Positions 45,673-54,727 of a stretch of 64,000 nt of DNA are shown here, piece by piece. Position 1 is the stretch's first letter. The number at the start of each line of letters is the position of its first letter. Origin of the DNA: an uncultured Smithella sp. (GTDB taxonomy: Bacteria; Desulfobacterota; Syntrophia; Syntrophales; Smithellaceae). The stretch covers positions 23,107 through 87,106 of the forward strand of contig CAYXZW010000006.1 of NCBI GenBank assembly GCA_964469905.1, read 5' to 3'. Position numbers and translations under genes: made by a program. A model generated the notes under the pieces. That model was given only the letters and a program-made list of their open reading frames with translations, was not told where the DNA came from and ran no database searches.

Positions 45673-46662
45673 TCAGCCTTCCTCTTTCCCCGTCACTATA
45701 CTTGAAATTTGCACAGCCTGGTTTCCCTTATAAATACCGGGATATCCATTATATTTCTTAATCCCTTCGACATAGATATCAAGCGGATCTGAAGCATAAT
45801 GCTCGAGTTGGATAACATCGCCTTTTTTAAGATTAACAACATCTTTGCCCAAAACCTGTGCCCTGCCCAGCTCTACAAAAATATCAACATATGACTTAAG
45901 CAGCCCGGATTTAAATCTGTTTGACCAGGCTTTATCAACTTCCAGTTGTTCGCTCTGAAAACCGGCAGACAGTTTTTCTTTAATAGGCTCAAGCATGGAA
46001 TAAGGAACACAGATAGATACAACTCCCGAAGTATATTCCACTTCAACCTCAAAATTCATCACAACGACAACATCCGTAGGCGGAACGACTTGGGCAAACT
46101 GCGGATTAATCTCCGCGCGCTGATATGTTATTTTCAAATCTATTAATGCTTTCCAGCATTTTTCCAAATCGGCAAGAGCACTCAAAACCACTTTTTTAAT
46201 CAGAGTATTTTCTATTGCCGTAAATTCACGGCCTTCAATTTTAAAGGCAGCGGTTCCCGTACCGCCGAATATTATATCTACCAGAGTAAATATTATTTTC
46301 GATTCCATAATAAAAATAGAATTACCCCGCAGAGGATCCATACGGAAAATATGCAGGCTGGTTGGAACAGGCAACGTTTTCAGAAATTCTCCGAATTTGA
46401 TCATATCAGCAGAGACAGCGGTAACGGAAATAACTTTGCGCAACATGGAAGATAGAGTCTGACGAAACGCGCGGGCAAACTTTTCATTGGTCATTTCCAG
46501 CGTAGGCATACGCCCGCGGATAATTCTATCCTGGCTGGTCAAATCATAGGGGATTACTTCACCCGGCTCATGGTATTTTTCTTCAACCTGGGTTTCTATT
46601 TCGCCGCCGGAGATGCCGCGTAAAAGGGCATCAACTTCTTCTTGCGAAAGGATGTTAGTCAT
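45673..46662 (-). CDS. fliM: C-ring protein FliM
   Basis: N-terminal LSQEEVDALL CheY-P binding motif. FliM core and SpoA tail. Confidence 0.95.
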   Translation of the reverse strand: MTNILSQEEVDALLRGISGGEIETQVEEKYHEPGEVIPYDLTSQDRIIRGRMPTLEMTNEKFARAFRQTLSSMLRKVISVTAVSADMIKFGEFLKTLPVPTSLHIFRMDPLRGNSIFIMESKIIFTLVDIIFGGTGTAAFKIEGREFTAIENTLIKKVVLSALADLEKCWKALIDLKITYQRAEINPQFAQVVPPTDVVVVMNFEVEVEYTSGVVSICVPYSMLEPIKEKLSAGFQSEQLEVDKAWSNRFKSGLLKSYVDIFVELGRAQVLGKDVVNLKKGDVIQLEHYASDPLDIYVEGIKKYNGYPGIYKGNQAVQISSIVTGKEEG

Positions 46663-46698
46663 GGAACCTCACTTCGGGATAACAGTCTATAGCAACAT

Positions 46699-47217
46699 TT
46701 ACTGGATGACAAACTCGCCGAAATATACTTTTAATATTTTCCCTTTTGTTAAAATGCCATTTGCCTTTAACACAATTTCTTCCTTCAGGCGTTGCTTCCC
46801 GATGGGGTCAATCATTTCTTTATATGTTTTAGCTGACAGCAGATCAAGAATGCTGTCTCTAATCTTGGGTTTGAGCAGGTTTAATTCTTCCAGACCGGTT
46901 TGATCAGATACTTCCAATTGCATAACCACTTTCAAATATCTTTCTCCTTCGTTATCGATGAGATTGACAATAAAAGGGTCCATCGACCAGAAAATGGCAA
47001 CTTGCGGTTTAGCCGCTTCGGCCTGTTTTTTTTCTGCCTCCGGCGGCTTGGACTTAAACAGGAAAAAATACGCCCCGGCTCCGCCTCCGCCTAAGACTAA
47101 AACGGCTATTACGCCAATGATAATCCATTTCAACTTAGAGCTTTTTTTCTTGTCCGGAACTTGCTCTTCGCCTTCTGTTTCCTCTTTTTTATCTTTCTCG
47201 GCCATTATTTTCTCCAT
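46699..47217 (-). CDS. fliL: basal-body protein FliL
   Basis: One TM helix plus FIVNLIDNEGERYLKVVMQLEV...KEEIVLKANGIL...VYFGEFVIQ. The start is more likely ATG 47205 (MAEKDKK), which follows a GGAGA SD. Confidence 0.9.
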   Translation of the reverse strand: MEKIMAEKDKKEETEGEEQVPDKKKSSKLKWIIIGVIAVLVLGGGGAGAYFFLFKSKPPEAEKKQAEAAKPQVAIFWSMDPFIVNLIDNEGERYLKVVMQLEVSDQTGLEELNLLKPKIRDSILDLLSAKTYKEMIDPIGKQRLKEEIVLKANGILTKGKILKVYFGEFVIQ

Positions 47218-47368
47218 AAGCGGAAGTTTTTATTACTTTGCGCTGCAGCTTAGTCCTCTAATAAAACATTGTCATATCCACCAACGGGAGATATCTTAAA
47301 TATCCTGGAAACAAGATTTCTCGCTTCGCTTCGAAATGACATCATAGTAAAGCTTTTACAGAACTACT

Positions 47369-47384
47369 AGCAAAGAGCATACCA
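47369..47384 (-). promoter_or_regulatory. sigma-54 promoter upstream of fliL operon
   Basis: The minus strand reads TGGTATGCTCTTTGCT, with GG and GC 12 nt apart. It leaves a leader of about 140-150 nt. Confidence 0.7.
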
Positions 47385-47521
47385 AAGACCAGGCACTTTT
47401 TTGACAATTATTTTTTAGATATTACAGATATTTACATTGGATAAGATGGCAGAATAGATTTTTTTGTCCGGGCGGAAGCTTTTTATTGACGAAAAGTCAA
47501 ATAATTGACAGGGGAGGAAAA

Positions 47522-47611
47522 GAAGACCGAAGGCTGAAGACTGAAGACTGTTAGGCGATCGGGAAGGCGCGTTCTGCGCCTTCATTTTAACCTTCAGCCT
47601 TCAGTCTTAAC
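47522..47611. repeat. heptamer-repeat palindromic element downstream of flgE
   Basis: Four direct heptamers (GAAGACC GAAGGCT GAAGACT GAAGACT), a central perfect hairpin GAAGGCGC-gttct-GCGCCTTC, then inverted heptamers (CCTTCAG CCTTCAG TCTTAAC). Confidence 0.8.
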
Positions 47612-47628
47612 ACCTATTTCAAATTGCA

Positions 47629-47689
47629 AAAGGCTGAAGCTAAAGGAGGGAGTGGAGAGGGAGAGATCATCCTTTAGTCTTCAGCCTTT
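47629..47689 (-). terminator. long stem-loop 8 nt after the flgE stop (terminator or mRNA-stabilising hairpin)
   Basis: AAAGGCTGAAGCTAAAGGA pairs with TCCTTTAGTCTTCAGCCTTT, about 19 bp with one bulge and a 22-nt loop. The stem is built from the same GAAGNCT-like units. The U-tract is weak. Confidence 0.55.
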
Positions 47690-47696
47690 ATAAGTT

Positions 47697-49526
47697 TTAT
47701 CTCTTAATATTCATTAATTCCTGCATAATTTGATCCTGCGTCGTAACAACTCGAGCGTTGGCCTGGTAGGCCTTCTGGGCCGTAATCATTTTAATAAATT
47801 CCACGGCGATATCGGTATTGGACATCTCCAGGGTATTGGGTGTCAGCACTCCCATGCCGGATTCTCCGGGATAATTCTGCACTGTGGCACCGGATAGAAC
47901 CGTTTCACCAAAAAGGTTGCTGCCCATCTTTTTGAGGCCCCACGGATTGGGAAACGCGGCCAGCATTATTTGCGCCAGATCGGCGGTCTGCCCGTTGGTA
48001 AAGAAACCGTTGATTCTGCCGTTCCCAGAAATGGAAAGTGATTTTAAATTACCGGACGAATATCCGTCGGCAGTCAACGCCCGGATGACAGACGCTGTGG
48101 AATACTGGGTAATATTTAAAGCTCCGTCGCCCAGCAAATTCCAGTTTAGATCACCACTTGTACCAATTGTCGCCCCGCCATCCAGCGGTATACCAGTGTA
48201 GTTAACCGTGATATCATTGAGAGCCGAAGCCGTATGAGTCAGCGTGAATAGGGCCGTATCGCCTGTTACCCACGTATTGGTAAGCGTCATGGTAATATCT
48301 GTAGTTCCGGAACCGTCAAGGCTGAGAGTAATCGGGCCTGCGGTGCCTGCAGAGGTGACTACGGCATTGGAATATCCGCCGGTACCTTCTACTGTCCAGG
48401 CGGTGGCGCCTTGTGTTAGTTTTAAAGTGCCGGTAGTGCTCTGGTAAATCATCCCCGGTCGATCCAGGGCCAACGTGGCCGTCTTTGCGGCCCCTACATT
48501 AGTTAATGTAAATGTAGCCGTATCTGTGTTTGCCCATACACCGGCGGGAGTCAGATGTGCATCTGTCGTACCATCTCCATTGAGGTCGATATTGACTGTA
48601 GTTGCAGTGGGTGTACCAACAATAGCCGCACTGGTATATCCACCGTTATTGGTAATTGTCCAATTCGCTGCTGTTGCTCCTCTTGTCAAAATCATTGTAC
48701 CGGTCAGACTTACCATTGCGGGATGGTCCAATGTCGCCGTTGCCGTACCGGCACCGCTTGCAGTAACTGCGCCCACAGTGTTATGCTCAGACGTAACTGC
48801 GCTCGCGGTTCCTGTATATAACTCGGTACAAGTACCATCGGTATTAAAAATTAAACCATTATGGCTGATGGAAGTTGCCGCAGTCGAATCCAGAGTGCTA
48901 TTCACAGCCCAGTAGCCGGCTCCGGAGCGTTCCGTTCTAGTAAACGTAGTATTCAGCGTGCGCTTGGAGCCCAGGGAATCATATAATGTCTGCGTGGTGC
49001 TGTACTGGCCGCCTCTGACAGTTACGGAATTCAAATTGGCACCAATGGAAAAGGTAGTGCTTACCGTCGGTTGCGATTTACTGGCCGTTAAATTAATGTC
49101 ACCCAGCGCTCCGACCGGAACACCACCTTCAACAGCTCTCCCCTGTACCTTATAACCGTTGGTGTCCACCATTAAGCCATCAGCATCCAGATGAAAAGCC
49201 CCGGCTCGCGTATAGAAGGTAGCGCCTTCCGCATCGTTCACCATAAAGAAACCGTCGCCATCAATGGCGACATCCGTGGCGTTGCCAGTCGTTTCAAAGG
49301 CACCGGCGCCAAACTGGGTTTGCACTGCCGAAACGGCCACACCGCGTCCCACCTGCAGCGTTCCCGATGCGCCTCCGGAAAGGCTCGAACTCAAAACGTC
49401 CGAAAAATAAGTTGTACCGGCTTTGAAACCAAGTGTATTAACATTAGCCAGATTATTGGCGATGACATCCAGTGATTTAGAAGATGCATTCAACCCCGAT
49501 ATTCCTGCCCATAGTGCGCTGCCCAT
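47697..49526 (-). CDS. flgE: hook protein FlgE (609 aa, enlarged)
   Basis: N-terminus GISGLNASSKSLDVIANNLANVNTLGFK. C-terminus MITAQKAYQANARVVTT. Confidence 0.95.
   Translation of the reverse strand: MGSALWAGISGLNASSKSLDVIANNLANVNTLGFKAGTTYFSDVLSSSLSGGASGTLQVGRGVAVSAVQTQFGAGAFETTGNATDVAIDGDGFFMVNDAEGATFYTRAGAFHLDADGLMVDTNGYKVQGRAVEGGVPVGALGDINLTASKSQPTVSTTFSIGANLNSVTVRGGQYSTTQTLYDSLGSKRTLNTTFTRTERSGAGYWAVNSTLDSTAATSISHNGLIFNTDGTCTELYTGTASAVTSEHNTVGAVTASGAGTATATLDHPAMVSLTGTMILTRGATAANWTITNNGGYTSAAIVGTPTATTVNIDLNGDGTTDAHLTPAGVWANTDTATFTLTNVGAAKTATLALDRPGMIYQSTTGTLKLTQGATAWTVEGTGGYSNAVVTSAGTAGPITLSLDGSGTTDITMTLTNTWVTGDTALFTLTHTASALNDITVNYTGIPLDGGATIGTSGDLNWNLLGDGALNITQYSTASVIRALTADGYSSGNLKSLSISGNGRINGFFTNGQTADLAQIMLAAFPNPWGLKKMGSNLFGETVLSGATVQNYPGESGMGVLTPNTLEMSNTDIAVEFIKMITAQKAYQANARVVTTQDQIMQELMNIKR
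48237..48422 (-). other. shared axial-protein insertion module, FlgE copy 2
   Basis: KLTQGATAWTVEGTGGYSNAVVTSAGTAGPITLSLDGSGTTDITMTLTNTWVTGDTALFTLT. Confidence 0.7.
48501..48692 (-). other. shared axial-protein insertion module, FlgE copy 1
   Basis: ILTRGATAANWTITNNGGYTSAAIVGTPTATTVNIDLNGDGTTDAHLTPAGVWANTDTATFTLT. Confidence 0.7.
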
Positions 49527-49551
49527 ATTTTATTCCTCCCTCTTATGGAAA

Positions 49552-50214
49552 TTAATTTGTTGTCTGATTGATAGATACAATATTGGAAAAGGCTACTTCC
49601 TGACCATTAATCGTCAGATAGGCCACATCATTTTTAAAGGAAGCTCCGGTCACCCTACCGGAAATCAATGTCTGGGCGGTAACGGCAACCCCGCTGGAAT
49701 CCTTCGCCGAAATATCGAAGGTATAGTTGCCGGCAGCAACATTGCCGGTGTTCCAGACAACACTATTATTCCCGGCTTTCAGACTGCCCAGATCAGCGCT
49801 GCCTACTTCGGCGCCATTGGAGTCATAGATTTTAAGAGTTCCGGAAGTAATCGCCGAGGGCAGACTAAAAGGAATATTTGTTGATGAACCGCTGACATTG
49901 ATTACATTTCCCTTCGCTATAGCCTCTTTGCCGATCATGCCGACCGTTTGGGCATTACTGAATGCCTTCAGATAGGTCGGTAAAGAGCTCATCGTCGTGT
50001 TTAGATTGCTCAATTGCTGCAAGGAAGAGAACTGAGCCAATTGCGCCGCAAAATCCTTGCCATCCATGGGATCCAATGGATTCTGGTTTTTTAACTGGGC
50101 CAGTAGCATGGTCATAAATGCATCCTGCCCTAGAACATCGTCCTTTTTCTTTGTCGCGGAACTACTTGTTGTGTTATTGGTTAGACCTGATGTTACGTTA
50201 TTTACTGTAGTCAT
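49552..50214 (-). CDS. flgD: hook capping protein FlgD
   Basis: LGQDAFMTMLLAQLKNQNPLDPMD..DFAAQLAQFSSLQQL. Start set at MTTVNN (ATG 50214) after a GGGGAGGGGAG SD. Confidence 0.9.
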   Translation of the reverse strand: MTTVNNVTSGLTNNTTSSSATKKKDDVLGQDAFMTMLLAQLKNQNPLDPMDGKDFAAQLAQFSSLQQLSNLNTTMSSLPTYLKAFSNAQTVGMIGKEAIAKGNVINVSGSSTNIPFSLPSAITSGTLKIYDSNGAEVGSADLGSLKAGNNSVVWNTGNVAAGNYTFDISAKDSSGVAVTAQTLISGRVTGASFKNDVAYLTINGQEVAFSNIVSINQTTN

Positions 50215-50239
50215 TTTCTCCCCTCCCCCAATTGCCCGT

Positions 50240-52057
50240 CTACGCAAATAAACTGATACCATCCGTTGACTGACTTGTAATATTTACCGGCCGTTCGGAA
50301 ATAATTGCCTGTGCCTGAGTCTTAAGCTTTTCCTCAAGATTCTGCTGACGGGTGCTGTTGCTGCCCTGCCCTGACCTGCCATCCTGATAAAAGGCGTGCT
50401 GACTGAAATTTTGCTGATATTCTTCGCGTTTATCCTGCATGAAGACATCACAACGTTCGATGGTCAGCCCCTGAGTCTGCAAACTGCCTTTCAATTTATC
50501 GATATGAGTATTCAGTGTTTGCTGAACATCCTTATTATCCGCAACCAATACGACTTCTACCTTGCCATTGCGGACAATTACATCCATTTCCAACTTTCCT
50601 AAAGAAGGCGGATTCAATGTAATTTTTACTCTGCCCCCGTCATTGGCGGATATTTCTTTAATTTCGTTTGCTACCTGGCTGATTATTTCTCCAGGTGCAA
50701 TGGAATTGCTTTTTTCAACCCTGGCCGAACCACCAGCGGCTGCATTAACCGTATTTAAAGAAATTTCTTCCTCTCTTTTTTCAGCGGAAATAGTCTTTCC
50801 CTTTTGTTCGATCTCGATTTGGCCTGATAAATCTTCCATAATTGCCTGCATCGTATCTATCTGAGCCTTGTTCCCGGAATTCGCATTGGCCGTATTTTGA
50901 TACTGCACCTGGGCGAAGCGAAGGTTATTTCTGCTGATTAATGATTCCTTCGTCTCTTGCATTGATAAACGAGAATTGTTGTCAATGGTATGATCTTCTT
51001 TAGCTGATTCCGAGGCCTCGGTATCTTTACTGATTTTCTTTTCTTCTTTTACGGGGACGGCATTAACGGCAATTTTACTGACAGTACTGGCGGAAAGTTG
51101 AGCCTCTTTGAAAATCACCTTCTCCGGTTGTACCGCTCTTTCATCAGTTTTAAGTAAAGATAGTCTTTCCTTCTGGGAGCCTGTATATTTAATTTCACCG
51201 TCAGCAACCTGATCTTTTGATTGTGTCTGCAGTTGCGGATCAATTTTATGATTCTTCTCTTCGCCGGATTTCGTCTGTATTACTTTTTTAAAATCCATCG
51301 CGTCAACTTTAATGGCAGCAGCTGGGGAAGATTCTTCTGGAGAGTGCAACTGAGGATTAATCGCATTGTTCTTCTCTTCTCCGGTTTTCGTCAGGATTAC
51401 TTTTTCCCAATCCTTCCCCTGAATTTTATCGGAATCAACCAGGGAAGATTCTTCCTGAGAAAATAGTTTCTTGCCGCCTTTTTCCGCATTCATTCCATCG
51501 GGGGAATTCAAGATAGCATTTTTATCATTTATTATTTTTTGTTCATTTTCGCTGTTAACGGTTTTTGCTATACGTTCAGCATCCGTTTGGTTGGCTTTAA
51601 TATCGTGCTTTCCATCCGCATTGGATTTGATATTCCCTGAGGCCAGATTTTTTTTCAATAAATCAATTTCTTTGAGCAAAGCAGCAACAGGAATTTCGAG
51701 CTCACCATCTTGCTCCTGGCCTGATTTCGCTAAATCACCGGACTTGGCCAAGCCTAATAATGCTTTTTGCAGATCTTTCAAATCTATATCACCCTGAAGC
51801 AATGACATTGCCTGTTCCAGGGTAATTTTTTTATCTCTCACATTTAATGCACCGGCAGAAGATTTATTTTTCTCACGCATCTGCTGATTCAAAAGTTGGA
51901 GAAAAGGAGCCAGGGCATTTAAATCAACTTCGCCTTTAGTGTCCTGATTATCTTTCCCTTTTCCTTTGCCCCTGGCGGCACCGATCATCTTCAGCAGATC
52001 GGCAGATCCTTTGCCTTTCGTGTTGACTGTTGATGACTCTTGTATTGCCTGTTCCAT
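50240..52057 (-). CDS. fliK: hook-length control protein FliK
   Basis: C-terminal Flg_hook domain: VKITLNPPSLGKLEMDVIVRNGKVEVVLVADN...LKGSLQTQGL. Low-complexity central region with an internal ~35-aa duplication. Confidence 0.85.
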   Translation of the reverse strand: MEQAIQESSTVNTKGKGSADLLKMIGAARGKGKGKDNQDTKGEVDLNALAPFLQLLNQQMREKNKSSAGALNVRDKKITLEQAMSLLQGDIDLKDLQKALLGLAKSGDLAKSGQEQDGELEIPVAALLKEIDLLKKNLASGNIKSNADGKHDIKANQTDAERIAKTVNSENEQKIINDKNAILNSPDGMNAEKGGKKLFSQEESSLVDSDKIQGKDWEKVILTKTGEEKNNAINPQLHSPEESSPAAAIKVDAMDFKKVIQTKSGEEKNHKIDPQLQTQSKDQVADGEIKYTGSQKERLSLLKTDERAVQPEKVIFKEAQLSASTVSKIAVNAVPVKEEKKISKDTEASESAKEDHTIDNNSRLSMQETKESLISRNNLRFAQVQYQNTANANSGNKAQIDTMQAIMEDLSGQIEIEQKGKTISAEKREEEISLNTVNAAAGGSARVEKSNSIAPGEIISQVANEIKEISANDGGRVKITLNPPSLGKLEMDVIVRNGKVEVVLVADNKDVQQTLNTHIDKLKGSLQTQGLTIERCDVFMQDKREEYQQNFSQHAFYQDGRSGQGSNSTRQQNLEEKLKTQAQAIISERPVNITSQSTDGISLFA

Positions 52058-52109
52058 ATTAGTCCTTTAGTGACCGTGATAAACAGCTTAATCATTTTAT
52101 AGACTCTTC

Positions 52110-52125
52110 AGCAAAAGGCATGCCA
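52110..52125 (-). promoter_or_regulatory. sigma-54 promoter of fliK-flgD-flgE
   Basis: The minus strand reads TGGCATGCCTTTTGCT, about 50 nt upstream of the fliK ATG. Confidence 0.8.
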
Positions 52126-52245
52126 CCGGCAACATATGTTTTTTATTCAATGATTACAGCATGTTTAAGACGACGATGATTTTAATACTCAATAAACAGG
52201 AAAAAATTTCCCGGACAATAGAGAAAATATTGATCTTCGGCAGGC

Positions 52246-52278
52246 AATAAAAAAGCCCTCCTGGTATGAGGGCTTTTG
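52246..52278 (-). terminator. rho-independent terminator after the ylxF-like gene
   Basis: On the minus strand, AGCCCTC-ataccag-GAGGGCT is followed by TTTTTTATT. Confidence 0.75.
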
Positions 52279-52309
52279 GAAAATGCAATCACAAAATCAG
52301 CTTTCTTTT

Positions 52310-52951
52310 TTATTCGCTTTGCTGTCTGCCGCCACCAGACCGCGTAATTTCTTTTGTAATTTCTACAGCCTTCTGCGGGGTAAGGTACCCCCAGATGGCG
52401 CCGGCTTTATCTTTCTTCATATTCATGGTGATACCGGCGGCAGTTTTGATATCTAATTTTTCCAGCATGGAACCGGCTTTGGCGGCAGGTGTGGCCTCAT
52501 ATACTTTGGCCATTTCCTTGTATCTCTTTACATCGGAAGTTTGACTGGCTTCGAGTACCACAGATAATTTTTCTTCCTGGCTCTTCAGCAGTGCAATTTT
52601 ATCCGTAATTTCTTTGCGTAAAGCCAGCAGACGCTGTTCCTCTGTACGCAAAGCCATTTCACGGTTATCCAATTCATTTTTCTTGTTTAAAAGAGCTGAC
52701 GCCAAGTCCCTTTCCTTAGACAAACTGCTATCCGGGGCTTCATTAGCTGTTGCCATCGGACCGGCAGAGCCAACCGCAGCATTAGCTGCCGGTGCAGGTG
52801 CTGCCGGCGGTTGTTGTGCCTGAGCCAAACTGGTTAGAAAAGTCGCAGCGGGCAGAATATCTGTTTTCTGAATAGAGCCCACAACCGAGGCAACTTTGGT
52901 AATGATCAAAACCAATATCAGTATTTGAACTCCAATTAGCAATTTTTTCAT
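52310..52951 (-). CDS. MotE/YlxF-family flagellar protein (MgtE_N-like)
   Basis: N-terminal TM helix, a coiled coil, and C-terminal KEMAKVYEATPAAKAGSMLEKLD...AAGI...MKKDKAGAIWGYL. Occupies the ylxF slot between fliJ and fliK. Confidence 0.6.
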   Translation of the reverse strand: MKKLLIGVQILILVLIITKVASVVGSIQKTDILPAATFLTSLAQAQQPPAAPAPAANAAVGSAGPMATANEAPDSSLSKERDLASALLNKKNELDNREMALRTEEQRLLALRKEITDKIALLKSQEEKLSVVLEASQTSDVKRYKEMAKVYEATPAAKAGSMLEKLDIKTAAGITMNMKKDKAGAIWGYLTPQKAVEITKEITRSGGGRQQSE

Positions 52952-53388
52952 TTTTCTCTCCTGCCAAACTTCAAGACAGCCATTTCGTCGGAATTCTTCT
53001 GCTCCAGCGCTCTGGCTGCAATTATGTATTCTTCTGCATGCCGTTCTTTAAGCTTCTCCATAATTTTTATTTTTTTAACTGCTTCGAGCAATTCTATTCT
53101 TTTAGCTTCCAATTGTTCGGCAACCTGAGCTACGTTTAAGCGTTGTTTTTTCTCGTTTTCCCTCACTTGTTCCACATAAACAACATAGCGAACAATATCG
53201 TCAACCGGCAACGGTTTGTTTTGCATTTTTCTCAATTCGTCAATTAAATTTGCCCTTTCGTTAATTAAGTTTATCAGTTTCAATTCTTCTAATTCGAGTT
53301 CGCGCTTTTTTTCCGAAAACTCACACAGGATTTTTTCCTCGATATTATTCCTGTAATCCAATACTGATTGGAGCGAGAAAACGAACAT
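52948..53388 (-). CDS. fliJ: export chaperone/stalk protein FliJ
   Basis: FSLQSVLDYR start, a 146-aa coiled coil, position after fliI. Confidence 0.85.
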   Translation of the reverse strand: MFVFSLQSVLDYRNNIEEKILCEFSEKKRELELEELKLINLINERANLIDELRKMQNKPLPVDDIVRYVVYVEQVRENEKKQRLNVAQVAEQLEAKRIELLEAVKKIKIMEKLKERHAEEYIIAARALEQKNSDEMAVLKFGRREK

Positions 53389-53398
53389 ATTTAATATT

Positions 53399-54724
53399 CT
53401 ATACTTTCAGAAGGTCCTGCAGCTGAGTTCCGGCAGATGCAAAATCAACCCTTTCACCGATATTCTGCCGCAAAAAAGTATTCACATTGTCAATCATTTT
53501 GATGGCGTAATCAATTTCCGGATTGGAACCCTGTACATAAGCTCCGATATTGATCAAATCCTCCGCCTTCTTGTAAGTGGCAACAATATTTAAGAGTTCA
53601 TTCGCCTTGTTTTTTTGTTCATCACTGACAATGTCGATCATAACTCTGCTGATGCTTTGTAAAACATCAATTGCCGGATAATGATTTTTATGAGCCAAAC
53701 TCCGGGAAAGTGAAATGTGTCCGTCAAGTATGGAACGGGCGGCATCAGAAATGGGCTCGTTAAAATCATCGCCCTCTACTAGAACTGTGTAAAGCCCTGT
53801 TATCGAACCGACACCTTCGACGATACCGGAGCGTTCCAGCAATTTCGGCAAAAGACTGAAAACAGATGGTGTGTAACCCTTTGTTGTCGGTGGCTCCCCG
53901 ACCGATAATCCTACTTCTCGCTGCGCCATGGCAAATCGAGTTAAAGAATCAACCATCAGTAGAACGTCATTGCCCTGATCGCGGAAATATTCAGAAACAG
54001 TTGTGGCAACATAGGCGGCTCTCATGCGAACCAAAGGATGCATGTCTGATGCAGAAACAACAACAACGGATCGTTTCAGACCTTCTTCTCCCAGGTTTTT
54101 TTCCAGAAACTCCCGAACCTCACGGCCGCGCTCACCTATCAAACCGATTACATTCACGTCGGCATTGGTGTTCAGGGCAATCATTCCCATAAGCACGCTT
54201 TTGCCTACACCCGATCCGGAGAAAATGCCCATCCTCTGGCCTTTGCCACAGGTGAAAAGCGCATTGAGTGCACGGATACCTAAATCCATCGGCTGGGTAA
54301 TACGGCGGCGAGCCAGAGGATTTATCGGATCAGCATAAATCGGATATTCATCGTCAAACTCAATCGGTCCTTTGTTATCAATGGGATTTCCCAGTCCATC
54401 GATCACTCTCCCCAGTAGACTTTTCCCTACCCCGATGCTTGCCTTTCTACCCAGGGAAAGTATTTTACAACCTGGCCCCAAACCCTGAATACTTTGCAGG
54501 GGCATTAAAAGCACCCGATCGTTTTTAAAGCCGACTACTTCAGCCTCCTGCGGAATATCGCTATTCACCGGCATAATCCCGCAGACGTCACCTATGGACG
54601 CCGCCGGACCGCATCCCGCCACCATTAATCCAACTATTTCTGTCACCTTACCATTAACGCGAATCGGATTAATTCGTTTCAAGAGTTTTTCATATTTATT
54701 CATACTGATTGCTGCTGAATTCAT
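53399..54724 (-). CDS. fliI: flagellar export ATPase FliI
   Basis: Walker A GSGVGKS. F1/T3SS ATPase pattern throughout. Confidence 0.97.
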   Translation of the reverse strand: MNSAAISMNKYEKLLKRINPIRVNGKVTEIVGLMVAGCGPAASIGDVCGIMPVNSDIPQEAEVVGFKNDRVLLMPLQSIQGLGPGCKILSLGRKASIGVGKSLLGRVIDGLGNPIDNKGPIEFDDEYPIYADPINPLARRRITQPMDLGIRALNALFTCGKGQRMGIFSGSGVGKSVLMGMIALNTNADVNVIGLIGERGREVREFLEKNLGEEGLKRSVVVVSASDMHPLVRMRAAYVATTVSEYFRDQGNDVLLMVDSLTRFAMAQREVGLSVGEPPTTKGYTPSVFSLLPKLLERSGIVEGVGSITGLYTVLVEGDDFNEPISDAARSILDGHISLSRSLAHKNHYPAIDVLQSISRVMIDIVSDEQKNKANELLNIVATYKKAEDLINIGAYVQGSNPEIDYAIKMIDNVNTFLRQNIGERVDFASAGTQLQDLLKV

Positions 54725-54727
54725 AAT

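Noticed and set aside
47250-47345. 31-aa minus-strand ORF (MMSFRSEARNLVSRIFKISPVGGYDNVLLED) in the long fliL leader, in the slot where flbD sits in Bacillus
   Set aside because: It has no Shine-Dalgarno sequence and no resemblance to FlbD. I cannot support it as a gene, but ribosome profiling could revisit it.
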